Below are positions 37,626 through 51,500 of a DNA stretch of 64,000 nt, in pieces. The notes beneath the pieces were generated by a model. It saw nothing but the letters and a program-made list of their open reading frames with translations, ran no database searches and had not been told where the DNA came from. This DNA comes from Geosiphon pyriformis uo1 (Eukaryota > Fungi > Glomeromycota), in NCBI GenBank assembly GCA_016748015.1, contig JAAOMT010000211.1, forward strand, positions 54,248 to 118,247, read 5' to 3'. The translations under genes and the position numbers were made by a program. Each line of letters starts with the position of its first letter. The stretch's first letter is position 1.

Positions 37626-38586
37626 CTATTAATTAGCATGAAATTACTCTTATAATTCTTATTATTAATTAGCATATATTATTATCATTTTGATTATCAC
37701 TTATTATTTAATCAAATTATCAAATATTATTACTTAATCAATAATTCAATTTGTACTCTAGAAATTAAGATAATTAAATTATACAATACTCTAAACCATT
37801 TAACATAGTCAAAATTTGCCGAAATTAATAAAAATTGGCCAAAATAATCAAATAGTTTAGTAAAATAACTTGTAGTTTGTTGAAATGTATCTTTAGTTCA
37901 TCCAAATTGTAGCAAAAAGAAAAGTGCAAGTTCAAAGACTAGTACTATAACAAGTTGTATAAAAAAAAAGCTTCTCTCTTCAAAAAAATGTATTTTTTCA
38001 TAGTATTTTATCATAATACTTTACTTTAGATATCTTAATTGGAACAAATTACCTTTTAGACATTCAAATAAAAATTAAATATTTGAAAACCAAATCCTTT
38101 GATTATTGCACTTGAAATTTTTTCAACACAACTAACATTTCGAAATTGATTAGCTACTAATTTCAGTAATCTGTTAGTGACTTTAGGCCTAGATAAAAAA
38201 TGTTTTCTTTGATAAAAATCTTATTTTTTTTATATTTTTTTTATTTTTTTTTATTTTTTTTATTTTTTTTATTATAATTATTAGGGTAGTCTACAGACGA
38301 GATTCCTGTAGAAGAGTTGACTTTCACAGCAAAGTAACTACACATTTTAGTGAGCTTCCAGATGAGCAATTCTTGGAAAAAAGTTGACGTTTACTACAAT
38401 ATAACTACATAAAGTAACTGGCAAAGAATTGGTTATTCCACTTATAAGTCCAATAGTTCAAATTATAGGAGATAATTTGAATATAAATTCAGTTACTGGA
38501 GGTCCAACTACTTCCTAAAAACGTAAATTCACAGCAAATCAGCATTAACAACATTCAAAAAAAGAGACCAAAAACTTTTGGTAACA
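37606..38586 (+). repeat. 3' LTR of copy C
   Basis: PPT upstream; ends GGTAACA; TSD ATAA. Confidence 0.94.
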
Positions 38587-38710
38587 ATAAATATATGATA
38601 AGTATAATACAAAGTAAAATTGATTGCTAACTAACTGTCTTTTCAACTTCTACAACTACTTGCTTTTATATATTTTTTTGGTTTTACAGGATTGCTTTTA
38701 ATTGCTTCAC

Positions 38711-38790
38711 TATTGCTAGCTATTGCTCATTATTACTAGCTATTGCTTGTTATTGTTAGCTATTGCTCATTATTGTTAGCTATTGTTCGT
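38711..38790. repeat. 10-bp-period tandem array TATTGYT(AGC/CAT) x8 in the host LTR
   Basis: Units start every 10 bp from 38711 to 38781. Confidence 0.9.
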
Positions 38791-39023
38791 GTTTGTCCTA
38801 TGTTATCTCAAGTTGTACTGCATTTTTCTTGTCACATTTTTTTGTCACATTTTTCTTATAGCTTTTTGGTTTTTTTACTCAAGTAACAATATGTTAATAA
38901 ACAATATTCTTCTGTTTAGTAAAAATATTAACATTTTTAATATTATATGTAGCAATTTTCCAAATTAAATTAGTTATTATTAGAGAAAAATGCTCAAATT
39001 CAAACTTTTATTATCTACTTTAG

Positions 39024-39924
39024 TGTTACAGATGATTATTTGGGGTCTTAAATCAAATAACAAACTTGTAACTTGGTGATAAAGTGCTGGATTATGTTGG
39101 TAATATTGGTATGGTATTAGTATTTAAAGAATTTGGTGGTTGAGTTCTTTGTATAATAGACAGAGATTCCAATATAGTTTTTTTTTAATGGTGTTTTCAG
39201 TGTCAACCCATAGGTTACAATAATTGTTGTCCATCACTTTCCGGAATCACAATTCTGTTAATTCTTTTTTCAGCATAGTGGCTAGCAATCTCTTGATAAG
39301 CTATCCTCAAATTTGAGTGTCTACTCTTATTCTTGGGTCTTTTATCAGTGCTATATCCTGATGTCAATAACTCTGTGCTTTAATCTTTTAACAATTAGTA
39401 AACAAAAAAAATAACAAAAAATAATAAAGAAAAGGGAGACAAAGAAATAAAAAAATAAGCCAAGACAATAAAGATTAGTATCCTATCAATAGTCATAATC
39501 AAGAGCTATTGTTTTATGTTGTTAAGTATTAATTACTATCAACATAAAGTGTTAATAGTGGAGAATAGATTAAGATGAAAAATAATTATTTTATTGATAT
39601 TTGTGAATGGAAGAGTTGCTTAGATCAAATTTAAACTGAGAGGTCTGTCTTTTTTTTTCTAATGCTACTATTATATATACATAATTGAGATTTTTCAATT
39701 CCTCAATTTTTTATACCAGAAATTCTGGAATTTCTGGAATCCTGTAATTCCATTTGAGAGGAATCTTGGAATTCTGAAATCCTGTAAATTTTTATGTGAG
39801 AATTCTGAAATTTCTAGAATCTTGCAATTCTTCTGAAAGAAATCCTGAAATTTTATATTTACTATGGCTACTCTTGATTGGCTAATTTATATGCTAATAT
39901 ATTTTCTATATTTTATGAGTAACA
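39024..39924 (-). repeat. solo LTR, family 2
   Basis: TGTTACA...GTAACA termini, TSD TTAG/TTGG; GGAATT(C/T)CT-type repeats at 39718-39850. Confidence 0.85.
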
Positions 39925-40315
39925 TTGGTTAACAAATTCATAATTATAATTAACAAATTGTTTATTTTATTTTTAAATTTTTTGACAGTTGGTAAATCTA
40001 AAAATTTTATTCTCATTACAGTTTTATTACTAATGGCTGTACTTAAATTTTTACTTATTATTATATTCACTTCTTAATTCTATAATGAAAAAGTTATTAA
40101 CAGCTAACATTCAGAGTTAGACTAAGAAATTATTGGCCCAAATGTATTCAACCTCTTAGTTAGTTTGTTAATTTATTTTATGAGATTAATAAAACTATAC
40201 TTAAAAATAACAAACCTATTATTTTCTTTCAAAGAAACCAACAGAAAAGATTTAACATTTAAAGATGAACCAAAACCAAAAGAAACCAAAAGCATTACAT
40301 AAGAAATAGAACTAT

Positions 40316-41316
40316 TATTACAAATAATTATTTGGAATATTAGAACAAATAACAAACCTATAACTTAATGTTCAATAGTTTGTTGATATTAGTAATTTTT
40401 GAAAGTTTTAAAGTCTAAAGATTTTGGTTGAATTTTTGGTATAATAAACAAAAATTTACTTGATGTTTTAGTACTTGTTCTGGAAGTTTTTTCCATAAAT
40501 TTTTTTCTTAGCATAGTGGCCAGTTTTTTCTGACAGTCTTTGTCCTTCTGGTAAACTATTCTTAATTTTATGAGTTTCTTACTCTTGTTTCACAGGTCTT
40601 TTACCAGACTATTCTTAATGTTAATAATTCAGTACTTAATTTTTTTAATTAATCAGTAAACAACAAAGAAACAAAACAAAAGAAAATAAAAAAAATACAA
40701 AAAAAAATAAAAGAAAATAAGAAATTAATATTTTGTCAATAGTTATAATTAAGAACTATTGGCCCAGTATAGTTAAGTGTTGAATTTTATCAACATGAAA
40801 TGTTAATAAAGTGGAAATAATTGAATATTTTTTAATCTAATAATAATAATATGAATTCAGATAATAATTGATATTTTATTAATATATAATTTAATTCTGT
40901 TTTAAGTTGTAAAAACTACTTTTTAAAAAAAAAGATATTGGATAATTAATAGATTCTAACTAATTGTTGGTATCAATTCTGTCTTTTCTGCTTCTAATAC
41001 TCTCATTATATATATCTAATTCTTGTTATATAAGATCTTATATTTTTTAAGCAATATGCTCTATTTTCTCTAATAATGCTCTCATTGTTAAGCAATATGT
41101 CATGATTTTTTAATAATGTGCATATTGTTAAGCAGTATGTATAATTCATTAACAATGTACACATTGCTAAGCAATGTGTTATAATTCACTAATACTATCT
41201 ACATTGCTGTATAATTTCTGATATTGTGCTCACTTATTAAGTACTATTTTCTTATTGGTTTATTTTTCTTATCTGTTTTTTTACTTTTTTTTTCTGTACT
41301 TTTTCTGCATGTAATA
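40316..41316 (-). repeat. solo LTR, family 2
   Basis: Decayed T(G>A)TTAC...GTAA(C>T)A termini, TSD CTAT/TTAT; homologous to 5776-6678; four ~40-bp tandem units at 41049-41208. Confidence 0.85.
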
Positions 41317-44300
41317 TTATTAACAATTTGTGCTCAAGTCTTTCTACTAAAAAAAATTAGATAAGCAATTAATGCCTATTTTTTTTTATATATATTTACC
41401 AAATAAATTTAATCCTAAAAATTAACTATCTATTTATTACAACTACCTAAATTTTTACTTACTGAACACACTTCAAAAACATAACAAAATTGTTTACACT
41501 AAGCTTAACAGACCAAAAAAAAACCAGCTCAACACAAATTTATATTCTTAAAAACAAAAATAAAACCAACAGCAGTTTTTTTAATGTCTTATTAATAAAA
41601 TAAACTATAACACATCTATTACTTACATATGAACTTAGATTGTAACCAATTAAGCAAGTCTTTTTATTATAGAATTTCAACAAACCAGAAAAATTATAAA
41701 CAATAATATTAATTGGCAAGGTATATAATAAAACCCAATAACAATCTTTAATTATCTATATATATTTGTTATTAATAACTAATATTATATGCATTAAATT
41801 TTTACCTATGAACATTAATTATTTAGATGCCATCAAACCAGCAATTTCAAATAATTCAAACTCAATTAGAGTTTTTTGTTAAAGACCAATAAACTATATC
41901 TTAATTAATATAATTTTACCAAGCTTAAAAAAACTGATTTTATAATCAATTTAAAAAGATCTGCTGAAATTTTTTTGATAATTACTTCTTGATTTGTATG
42001 GTTGTTTATTATTCTAATATTATTATTAACCAAAATTTTTTTATAAATTGATATTTTTTAGTCTTTTTTAAATTTAATTTAGATATAAAGAATAATTTAA
42101 TAATTTCTAAGAATTTTAAAAAAGTAAATGCCTCTTTAAAATCATTTATATGATAAAAATTTTTTTCACAGTTACCAATTTATTATCAAAAGTTTTTTCA
42201 AGCATAGCAAAAAGCTCAATATTTAATGTAAAAAAATTTACAATATCAAAATTTTGTTTTTTCATAATATATGACTCAACTAATAATAACTGCTTAAAGC
42301 TAATAAATTTAGAAAAAAAAAACATTAGAATATTATTATTATCATTCAAATTATTAAACAAAAATGCTTTTAGTAAATATTCTAATATATATGTTTAAGT
42401 ATAAATTTTCCTTAGTGTAGTTTTATTTATGTTTTTATTGCTTATAAAAGTATCTGAATTTGTGTAATTAGTTTTTTTTGTAATTGTGTTTTTTATATTT
42501 TTTACATCTGAAAAACTATTAATACTACTTTTCATACTACCAATTTTGATCTCCTAAAATACCACAAGTTTATAGCAGAGCTTATAATATTTATTAAATC
42601 TAAAGAACTAATAGATAAATCAATTATGCTAATATTGGCTTCAAGTTTTTTTGGCTTTTTATAAGATATACTGTGAAAATAAACACTTTTTAAATATTTT
42701 TTTAATATTTAAGCAGGTTTTCAAACCAGTTGAACCAAAACCAAAACCACTAGCAGATAAGTTTATTAATTTTATTATAACAAAAAAAGTATGTTGAAAA
42801 AAATAACTAAAATAAAAAAAACAATTTTTTTAGCAATTTTATGCTCTTGTTGTAACTAAAAAATCAACAAAAAAAAGAGTTTTTATTGTTTTTAGCTATT
42901 TTATAAAATTAAAAATATATATATAATAAATAAATTAGCTTAAAAATAAATAAAATTTAAAATTTATTTTAAAATTTATTTATTTATTTTTTAAGCCAAA
43001 TACTTATAGTATAATATTTTTAAAATTTAATTTTAAAATAATAGTTTTTAATTATAATTATTAATAAAATATAAATTTATTTATTTATTTTTTTAGAAAA
43101 TATTAATTAGCTTAAAAAAACCAAAAATAAATATAAATATAATTTAAGTATTATAATAACTTAATAAAAAATATTTAACAAAAAATTACAATAAATAATA
43201 TATAAAATCAATTATATAAATAATTAAATATTATAAATATTAATAATTGTTATTTATAATATTAAAAAAAAAATTATTATTATTATAATAAAATATAATT
43301 TAATTATTAACTATAATATAAAAATATAATTAATTATAACTCATATATTTATTATATATAACTAATTATTTAAGCCAATTAAAATTATATTTTATTAAAT
43401 TAATTATAATACTTAATTTATTATTACACAAAAATTAATCAATAAAATTGGTTATATTAAAAAAAAACTTAATATAATTTTATAAATAAAAATATATTTG
43501 TTAACTTAATATGTAAAAATTCAAACAAAAAAACAAAAACCACATAATTTAATATAATTTACCAGATTAATATTATTTACAATATTATTAATAAACAGCA
43601 TATTACTTTTTTTATGTTTAATATTTAATAATACTTTGAATAATTAAATCACATTATAATAAAAAACACAAAAACTAAATAAATTTTACAATTTTTAGTT
43701 TTTAAATTTAATTAAACCAAAAATATAAATAGTATTATTGTATTAAGTTTTGAATATAATACTTTTTATTAAAGCAGTATTTATATTAAAATCTAAAAAA
43801 TGTGTTAAAAACTTCTTTTAAAATACTAAAATATACAAATTTTACAAAATTACAATTTTTTTTATAATAAAACCAAATTATTTATATTATAAAATGATAT
43901 TATAAAAAATTATCTTAGTTTTAAATAAAAAATTTTTATTTTAAACAAACAAATAATTAAAAATATTAAAATAATTTATATTATATCTTTTTTTATATTT
44001 AATTATTAATAATTTATTATAGAGTACTTTTATAATATAAGTCTTAAATTTAATAGTCTTAGTATTAATAAAACTAAAACCAAAATACTATTTAAAATAA
44101 TAAATAAATATTGTTTTATTTTAATTTAAATTTTTAATTAAACTTTTCTTTAAAATTATTTAGTAAACTTAATTTTTTATTTAATATAATCAAAAATATT
44201 ACAAATATTATATACAAAGTAAAAATTATTAGAGATAACCACTTTTTTATAATTATAAAAAAAACTATTAGATATTTAAAAAACAGAATATTATTTAAAA

Positions 44301-45049
44301 ACTATATTTAATAATTTTAATAATTTTTTTTATTTAATAATATATTTTAAAATTAGATAAACAAAAACAATAAAACTACAAATAATAATTATAGTTAAAT
44401 TATTTAAAAACATATTAATGAATACCTTTTAAAAATACAATTAAAAACCAAAACAATTACAATAATTTTAACTAAAGTTAATAATATTATATTATAAATT
44501 TTAATATTTAGATTACTATTAATGTTTTTAAAATACATAATAATATTGCTAACTACAAAAAAAAAAATTTTTATTTAAGTTATTAATAATATTAAAATAT
44601 TTAAGTTACAAAAACTCAATTAAAACTTTAAATTAAAAATAAAAATAAAAAATAAAACAAATATATTAACAAACATATTGGTTTTATTTGTTGTTATAAG
44701 ATATTATTATAGTATTTTTAAATCAAAATACAATACTTTTATATAAAAAATTAGCATTAAAATTATATATAAAAAATTATATTATCAAAATTAATTCAAC
44801 AAATATTAATTAACAACAAAAAAATAAAAAATAAAAAATTAGTCTAATTATAATTAAATTATTATATAGTTTAATTAAAAATTTAAATTAAATATATAAA
44901 AATTAAAAAAAATTAATAATTAATTTATGTAATCTAATAATAACAAATTTTATTATGTTTTAAAATTCTTATACACCCTTATTTAAACAATTTAATATTT
45001 TAAATTTGCAATTATTATTCAAAAATAATTACTAAAAAATCTAATTAAT

Positions 45050-45360
45050 TAATAGGTTTTTGATTATATTAATTATAATTACAATTAGTATTATTAATAT
45101 ATAATTAATATTTTAAATTAAGTTATCTAAATTTAAGCATCTAAATTATTAACTGCTAAAAAATAATGTGTTAAATAAGCTTAAATTTAATTGATTAATT
45201 TAAAATATAAAATTAATTAATATAATTAAAATAATATTAATATAGTATATAGATTTTAAATAATTTAATTATATATACAGCTTTTTTATAAGTTAAAAAA
45301 ATATTAATTTTATATTAAACCAATTTTTTATTATTATAAGCAATAGGTTTTTTCTTTTTT
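45050..45360 (+). repeat. relic of a third, LTR-like repeat
   Basis: Alignable by eye to the reverse complement of 53520-53880 (TATATATACAG core). Confidence 0.6.
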
Positions 45361-46419
45361 TTCTGAATTTTATATATATATATATATATATTTTTTATTA
45401 TAAGCAATTAACTTTAATTATATTATTTTTTATTATATTATAAAAAAAAAAAAGTTCAAATCTGTAGTATTATTAAATAATAACAATGCATAACTATATA
45501 TAAAATTAAAAAAAACTTAAAACATATTTTAAAATAATTTAAGATAATTTTTTAGATTTAAAATATTTTTTTTTAATTTATTTAACTAATTATCTTTTAT
45601 AAACTAATTTATAAAAACAATATTCAATTGTTTTAGATGTTTTACTAATTTTCAAAATTTAAATTTACTTAAAATAAATAAAAAAATTAATTTTAAATTG
45701 TAATAAAATACATAAATATTAATATTATTTATAAAAATTTTAAGCTTTTTTAATAAAATTATTATATTAGCCAAAAAAAAATTAACAAACAATATGATAA
45801 TACTTACAGATTTTAAATACAAACAAGCAACTATTTATTTATAAATATATAAATTAGTATATTTATATACAAACAGCTATTTAATAAATTAAAATTGTTA
45901 ATAAACTTTAAAATTAAGACAATTTTGTTTTTTATTTATTTATACTTAAAAAAAGAGTTTAATAATATAAAACAATAAATAATAAATGGCTTCTATCAAA
46001 TTTTTTTTAGTAAATTATTATTAATAAAACCAAATTAAGTATAATAACAAATAATTAAAATTAGAACTATTATAATAAGATATATTAATTATTTATTTAA
46101 AATTAATTTTAAAACTATAAAATTACAAAAAAACCTAAAATTTAAATCTGTTTTTTTTAAACTAAGAATATTAAATCTCTTAAAAAAACATAATATTTAA
46201 GTATTTATAAAATTTATTTAGTTTGATAATATTAATAATATTATTATTTAATAATAAAATTGTAATTTTAATTTTGGTGTTAACAAAAATAATAATTTCT
46301 AACTTAAATTATATTATTTATAAATATTTTAAAAGCAAAATGTATAATTAAATTTAATTAATATAACTTATTTATTAGCTTAATAAAATAAAAACTAATT
46401 TTATAGTTCAGTATTTCTG

Positions 46420-48450
46420 TATAATTTTTAATTTTTCATAAAAAATATCATAAAAAATTCTTTAAAAAATAAAAAAAAGTTTATTTTAATCTAATTTATA
46501 ATATTATATAAATATTAATTAAATTAAAGTTTGTTATTATTTTGTTTATATAATTGTTATAAAATATTATTAAAAAAAATTAATAAATTTTACACATATT
46601 TTAATTATAACCAAATTTATTTATAAATAATACTATTTAAATAATAGATTTTCTACATATTTATAAGACTAATTATAATTTATAATTTTTTTTTAATATG
46701 TTTTTTATTATTAAATTAATAATAAAAATTGGTAATTAAATAATAATGTCTTTAATACTAAAAAATTATCTTTTTAGAAAATATTAAATTTGTTATAAAC
46801 AGTTAAAATATAATTAAATAAAATCTTAAAAAATAGTTCTTGATAGTTTTAATTAAGACAATTAAATAAGTATTTATTAAAAACTTTATTTATAAAACTT
46901 TGAAATTATAAATATCTTTAAAATTTAAAAATTAAGTTAATTAACAAACAAAAATTTATAAATTTTAAAAGTAAATTTAATATAAATTTATTATAATGTT
47001 TTAAAAGTTTATTAAAAATACAAAATAAATTTATAGCTTTTACAAATTTTTAAATATATTACATAATTTATTATAATTAATACTTAATATAATTTTATTA
47101 AAAACATTATTATTAACATAATTCAATAAAATATATTGTTATTAACAAAAAACTAAAATTTTATTTAACACTAATTTTTTTTATTTAATCTTTTATTAAA
47201 TTCAAACTTATAATATTATTAATAATTAAATGATTTAAAACAACTTTTTAAAAAAATATTTTAAAATATTTAAAATAATATAATAAAATTATTTATATAT
47301 TTAAAAATAGTAAACTTAATATAAAAATTTAAAACAAATTAAAATTTACAAAATTTAATTATATTATTACAGTTAAAAATCATAGTTTTTATTAATTATC
47401 ATATTAATATTATATAATTAACCATCTTATTTTTAGAAAATAATTAATACTTTAATTATTAACTACTTTAAATAGTTATATAAATAATATATTTTTTAGT
47501 TTAGAAAAATATGTTTTAATATACAAAACATATATAAATTAAATTAATATAAATTATTTCTAAATATTTAATTTTTTTCAATTTACTTATTTTTTTTGTA
47601 TGTAAATATCTTTGTAATAAAAAATTACTTGTTGGTATTTATTTGTAATTATTAGTTTTAAAAATTATTGAATAAATATTATTATAAAATACAATTAATA
47701 CTTAATATAAGGCATAAAATTATATTAATATATTGTTTTTTGTTAACAGTATAAACTATTTTTTTATTTTCAGATTTTTTTATTATCTTTTAAAAAGAAT
47801 AATAACTAAGATATTTATGAAATTAATCTCAAATATTGAATTTATATTAATTTAATTTACTTTTTAAAGTTGAATTCCTTTTTAATTATTTTTATTATCA
47901 TATAATTTTGTTTTATTTTACTATTTATTAGTTTATTACTTTAATTTATAACAAAATAAGTTTTTTTAATTTTTAATAAAATTAACTTAATAATATTTAT
48001 ATTAAAATTTTTAATATATTTTTAATAAATATAATCTTAATAATATTAAGACTTAATTATGTTTTCAATAATAAATTAAACTTAATATTAAAATTCAGAT
48101 CTATTATCTTAATAATTTTAGAAATTAAAAGTTTAAAAATTATAAAATCTTAAAAAGATCTTTATAATATTATTAACAAAATTTTGAAATCATAATTTTT
48201 TAAAAATAGTTTTAATATAAACATATTAATAATTAAATAATATTTATATTTAGTTTATGTTTCTAATTTTTTTGTGCTTAATAAAAATATATTAATTGTT
48301 TTTATAATTTTTTTAAGTTGTTTTATATTATAATCTTAATTATATAATAGCTTATTAAAAAATTAACTAAATTAAGATTCAAATATTTCTTAAAACTAGC
48401 ATTTTTTAAACTATTTTTATTAAAATTATTATTTAAAATAATAAAAAAAC
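46420..48450 (-). mobile_element. extremely decayed LINE relic (APE to RT)
   Basis: Residual colinear similarity to 51090-52800 and 62330-63990 (QGEVF..WRIFYD region at ~46440-46500). Confidence 0.55.
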
Positions 48451-48521
48451 ACTTATTAATTGTTAAAGCTATAAGAAAATAATTTTACCCATTTAATTTA
48501 AAATTTTTTTTATATTAATGT

Positions 48522-51500
48522 TTAACAAATAAGATTCAAATGTTATCTAATACAAAATTTAAACTAAGTAATCTAAATTAGATGTAAATTATGTATTTTT
48601 TATATATGATTAGCTATTTGGACCAATTTAAACAACACTATAAGTCTATTATAACATAAATTATATTTCTTAATTTCAAAAAAAAATCATAAGACTTACA
48701 AAAATCAAAACTTATATCATGGGTTTTTGCAATCTTAAGTAATTTAATTACATCATTAGAAAACAAGAAAAATTACTAAAACATTAAATTATTATATGTA
48801 ATTAAATTTTTTTTTCTATATTTAGATCTTACCAACTATATTTTAGCATAATAGGCCATTTTTAAGCTTTATACAAAGTTAATAATCTTTTTACTTATAG
48901 TCTTAATATAACCAAAAACAGACATGATCTTCAAAAACCACTCTTTAAACATAAAGTCTTTATATACAGCAGTATAGATAGTGTTATTAAATACATACAA
49001 AAAGAGTATTTAAAAAATACAAGATAATAATAAACTTAAACCCAACAAAAAACTCCATCAAATTAAATGTGACAAAATCTAACTTGTACATAAAAAATAA
49101 TCAGAAAATTCCACTTCTTTACAATGAAAACACAACATACTAAGGTATTTTTTATTATACAGATATTTACAAACAGCAGCAAACAACTAATAATGCAAAG
49201 CTTTTATAAAATATAAATGCAAACTGGCAGTAAACTTGCTTATAAAACCAGATATTATATGTGAATCAAGATGTTAAACTAATAATATCTGAACCCAATT
49301 TACATTTTTAATTATGTTTTTATTAATAAAATCAGACTCAAATCCAACTTCTTAGCAAGTGCAGTAAATAATCCTAAAAACATTTTAAATAAAATGATAA
49401 GCATTTTTAAATACTGCTTTTTCATCTGCTTTAATATATCTTTTATTAATAAAAACAAAAAACATTACACTCAAATACAATATTATATTAACTAGTTTAT
49501 TAGCACACTTATTATCTAAGATACCCAAATGGTCTTTAATCTTAGTCTAAACAATATTTAAATTCTTATATTAAATAAAATTCATAACACAATATCTCTT
49601 AATCCAACAATAATTGCAAAATTCAGACAAAACCAAATTCAATTCTATAGTATAGACATTTAAAACAACTTGGCTGTTTAAATGCACTATTACAGCATTA
49701 GAAACAAAAACACACTCTAAGATTAAAACAATTATTTACAATTGCACCAAGATAAAAAAAACCAAATTACCAATTTTGACTTTTATACTTCAATCCAAAT
49801 CAACAAAATATGTAGTTGTACTGCTTCTTATGGCTTATAAGTCTAAATTCTTTAAAAACTTATTTGTATAAACATTAATAATACTCAAATTAACATTGAA
49901 GAAATAATATCTTATTGTTAAAAAATTATTAAAACTAAGAACATTTAAAGACTAAGAACTACCAACTAACAGCTAATTATCAAGATAAAAGACAATACTA
50001 ATCAGATAATCACATGCCAGTTTGAATTAAATAGAAATAAAGCCCTTAAAATTGAGCTATTTTCAATAACAAAAATTTACCCAACTAAAAACCAACTCTT
50101 TTTTATCATATAGCTGCTTAACAAAAACAACACCAAACTTTTTAAGTAAGTAAAAAATATTGTAGAAAACTAAACTTTTCAGAACAAAAGACATTGAAAT
50201 ACCACCAAAAAAGTAAAATACATAAAGCAAATTGTTTGTAAAAAAAATTCTACAATCCACAAAAATTTTAACCACACCAGCCAAAAAAATATTAACTGAA
50301 CTAATTCTTAATTTTGCAGAATACTGTAAAAAATAACAAAAAAACCAATTTAATATTTGCAAATCCAAAAATTTATGATTAAACAGCTGACTGAAAATAC
50401 TACTAAAGTTTGCAAAACATAATACAAAAGCCATTTTACTTTTTATTTACATCTACTCAAATATTCTCAAGTCATATAGAAACAAATAGTGAAAAGCTTT
50501 ATTAAAAATATTTTTCAGTAAGCTGGCTTTTGTCTTTAAACTTTTCTAAATCAATGTATCTTATTTGTTGTATATATTTTTAGAAATAAAACTAAATTGG
50601 GTTTTTAATCAACTATGAATAGCAGTATAACTGAGACCAAATAAAGAAACTGTTTATCCAAAATAGTTTTCTTCAAAATTATATTAATAAAAAACTTTAT
50701 ATCTGAATGGGCTTTTGTTAAGTTAAGCTTAAAAAAATCTTTAAATAACAAAAAAATATTCAGATTTCTATAAAACTTTTCTTTTTGTGCAACAGAAATT
50801 GACTGATTACTTATTAATAATAAAATATCTTTGATTTTTTGATTAATAAAAATAGTCACTGTTTTTTTGTTGTTAATTAAAATATTATTAATATCAAAAA
50901 ACTTACTTGTAATATTCAAAATATATTAAATAGTAGTATTACTATTTCCTATTCAGATTGTGTTATCAACAAAAACACCAGTCACCAAGTAAAAGATTAA
51001 ACCAATTTGGCTTTTAATTCTGCCAGTTTTGGCAACAAACTTAGTGTTAATATAATAGTTACACAAACTCTTATGTCTTTTTACTTCACATAAGAAAGGA
51101 TTATAAAAAATTCTCCATGGAAAAAAAATTTCATTTTGGTCTAAATTATCATGTATTTGATACTTCTCAGTAAGTTTGTAATTTATTATAACTTGATTAC
51201 ATCTGTTCATATAAATACTGTTAAAAAATCTGATAAACTGATTACAGCATTTTTATTTGAATTAAACTGTTTTTTAAGTAATACTATTTAACTAAGTTAT
51301 AAGTCTTTCACATATTTTATAAAACCATCTAAAGTTTACATCCTTTTTTCAATACATCTTTTATCATTGAATTTATTACAAAGATAAGAAACTAAATGGT
51401 AGTGTCTTTTAAAACAGAAAAATTATTATCATAGAAAATATCAAATTTGCTACAAACTGTCGAAATCTTATTAAAAAGTATTTTAAAAAAAAGTTTCCAG

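Larger units (their letters stand above)
18822..38586 (+). mobile_element. full-length copy C, interrupted by copy D
   Basis: LTRs 18822-19802 and 37606-38586 (981 bp each); TSD ATAA; pol reads ..QYQIH | TGDVLPK.. across D. Confidence 0.95.
8371..38888 (-). repeat. solo LTR, family-2-related (~885 bp: 8371-8378 + 18243-18821 + 38591-38888), host of copies B and C
   Basis: TGTTA at 8371, GTAACA at 38888, TSD ACAT/ATAT; internal similarity to 39024-39924 and 40316-41316; the LINE APE frame rejoins across it. Confidence 0.82.
3342..42850 (-). mobile_element. old degenerate LINE (ORF1 + APE-RT-RNaseH-ZnF ORF2), ~6.2 kb of own sequence split by LTR insertions
   Basis: Pieces 3342-5775, 6683-8370, 38893-39023, 39929-40315 and 41321-~42850 are colinear. 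RNaseH relic (ORF 3914-4321 aligns to 60846-61247), RT relic, APE relic (ORF 7901-8299, VILGGNFN), APE start LIWKIATYN at ~38940-38968, ORF1 relic beyond. Confidence 0.82.

Noticed and set aside
41049-41208. Palindromic ~40-bp repeats as a CRISPR array
   Set aside because: The units are contiguous and similar along their whole length, with no unique spacers and no cas genes; they lie inside an LTR.
42930-43000. Short inverted repeat GCTTAAAAATAAATAAA...TTTATTTATTTTTTAAGC as a MITE
   Set aside because: Too low in complexity to separate from chance; no TSD seen.
45370-45391. (TA)n run
   Set aside because: Ordinary microsatellite in AT-rich DNA.
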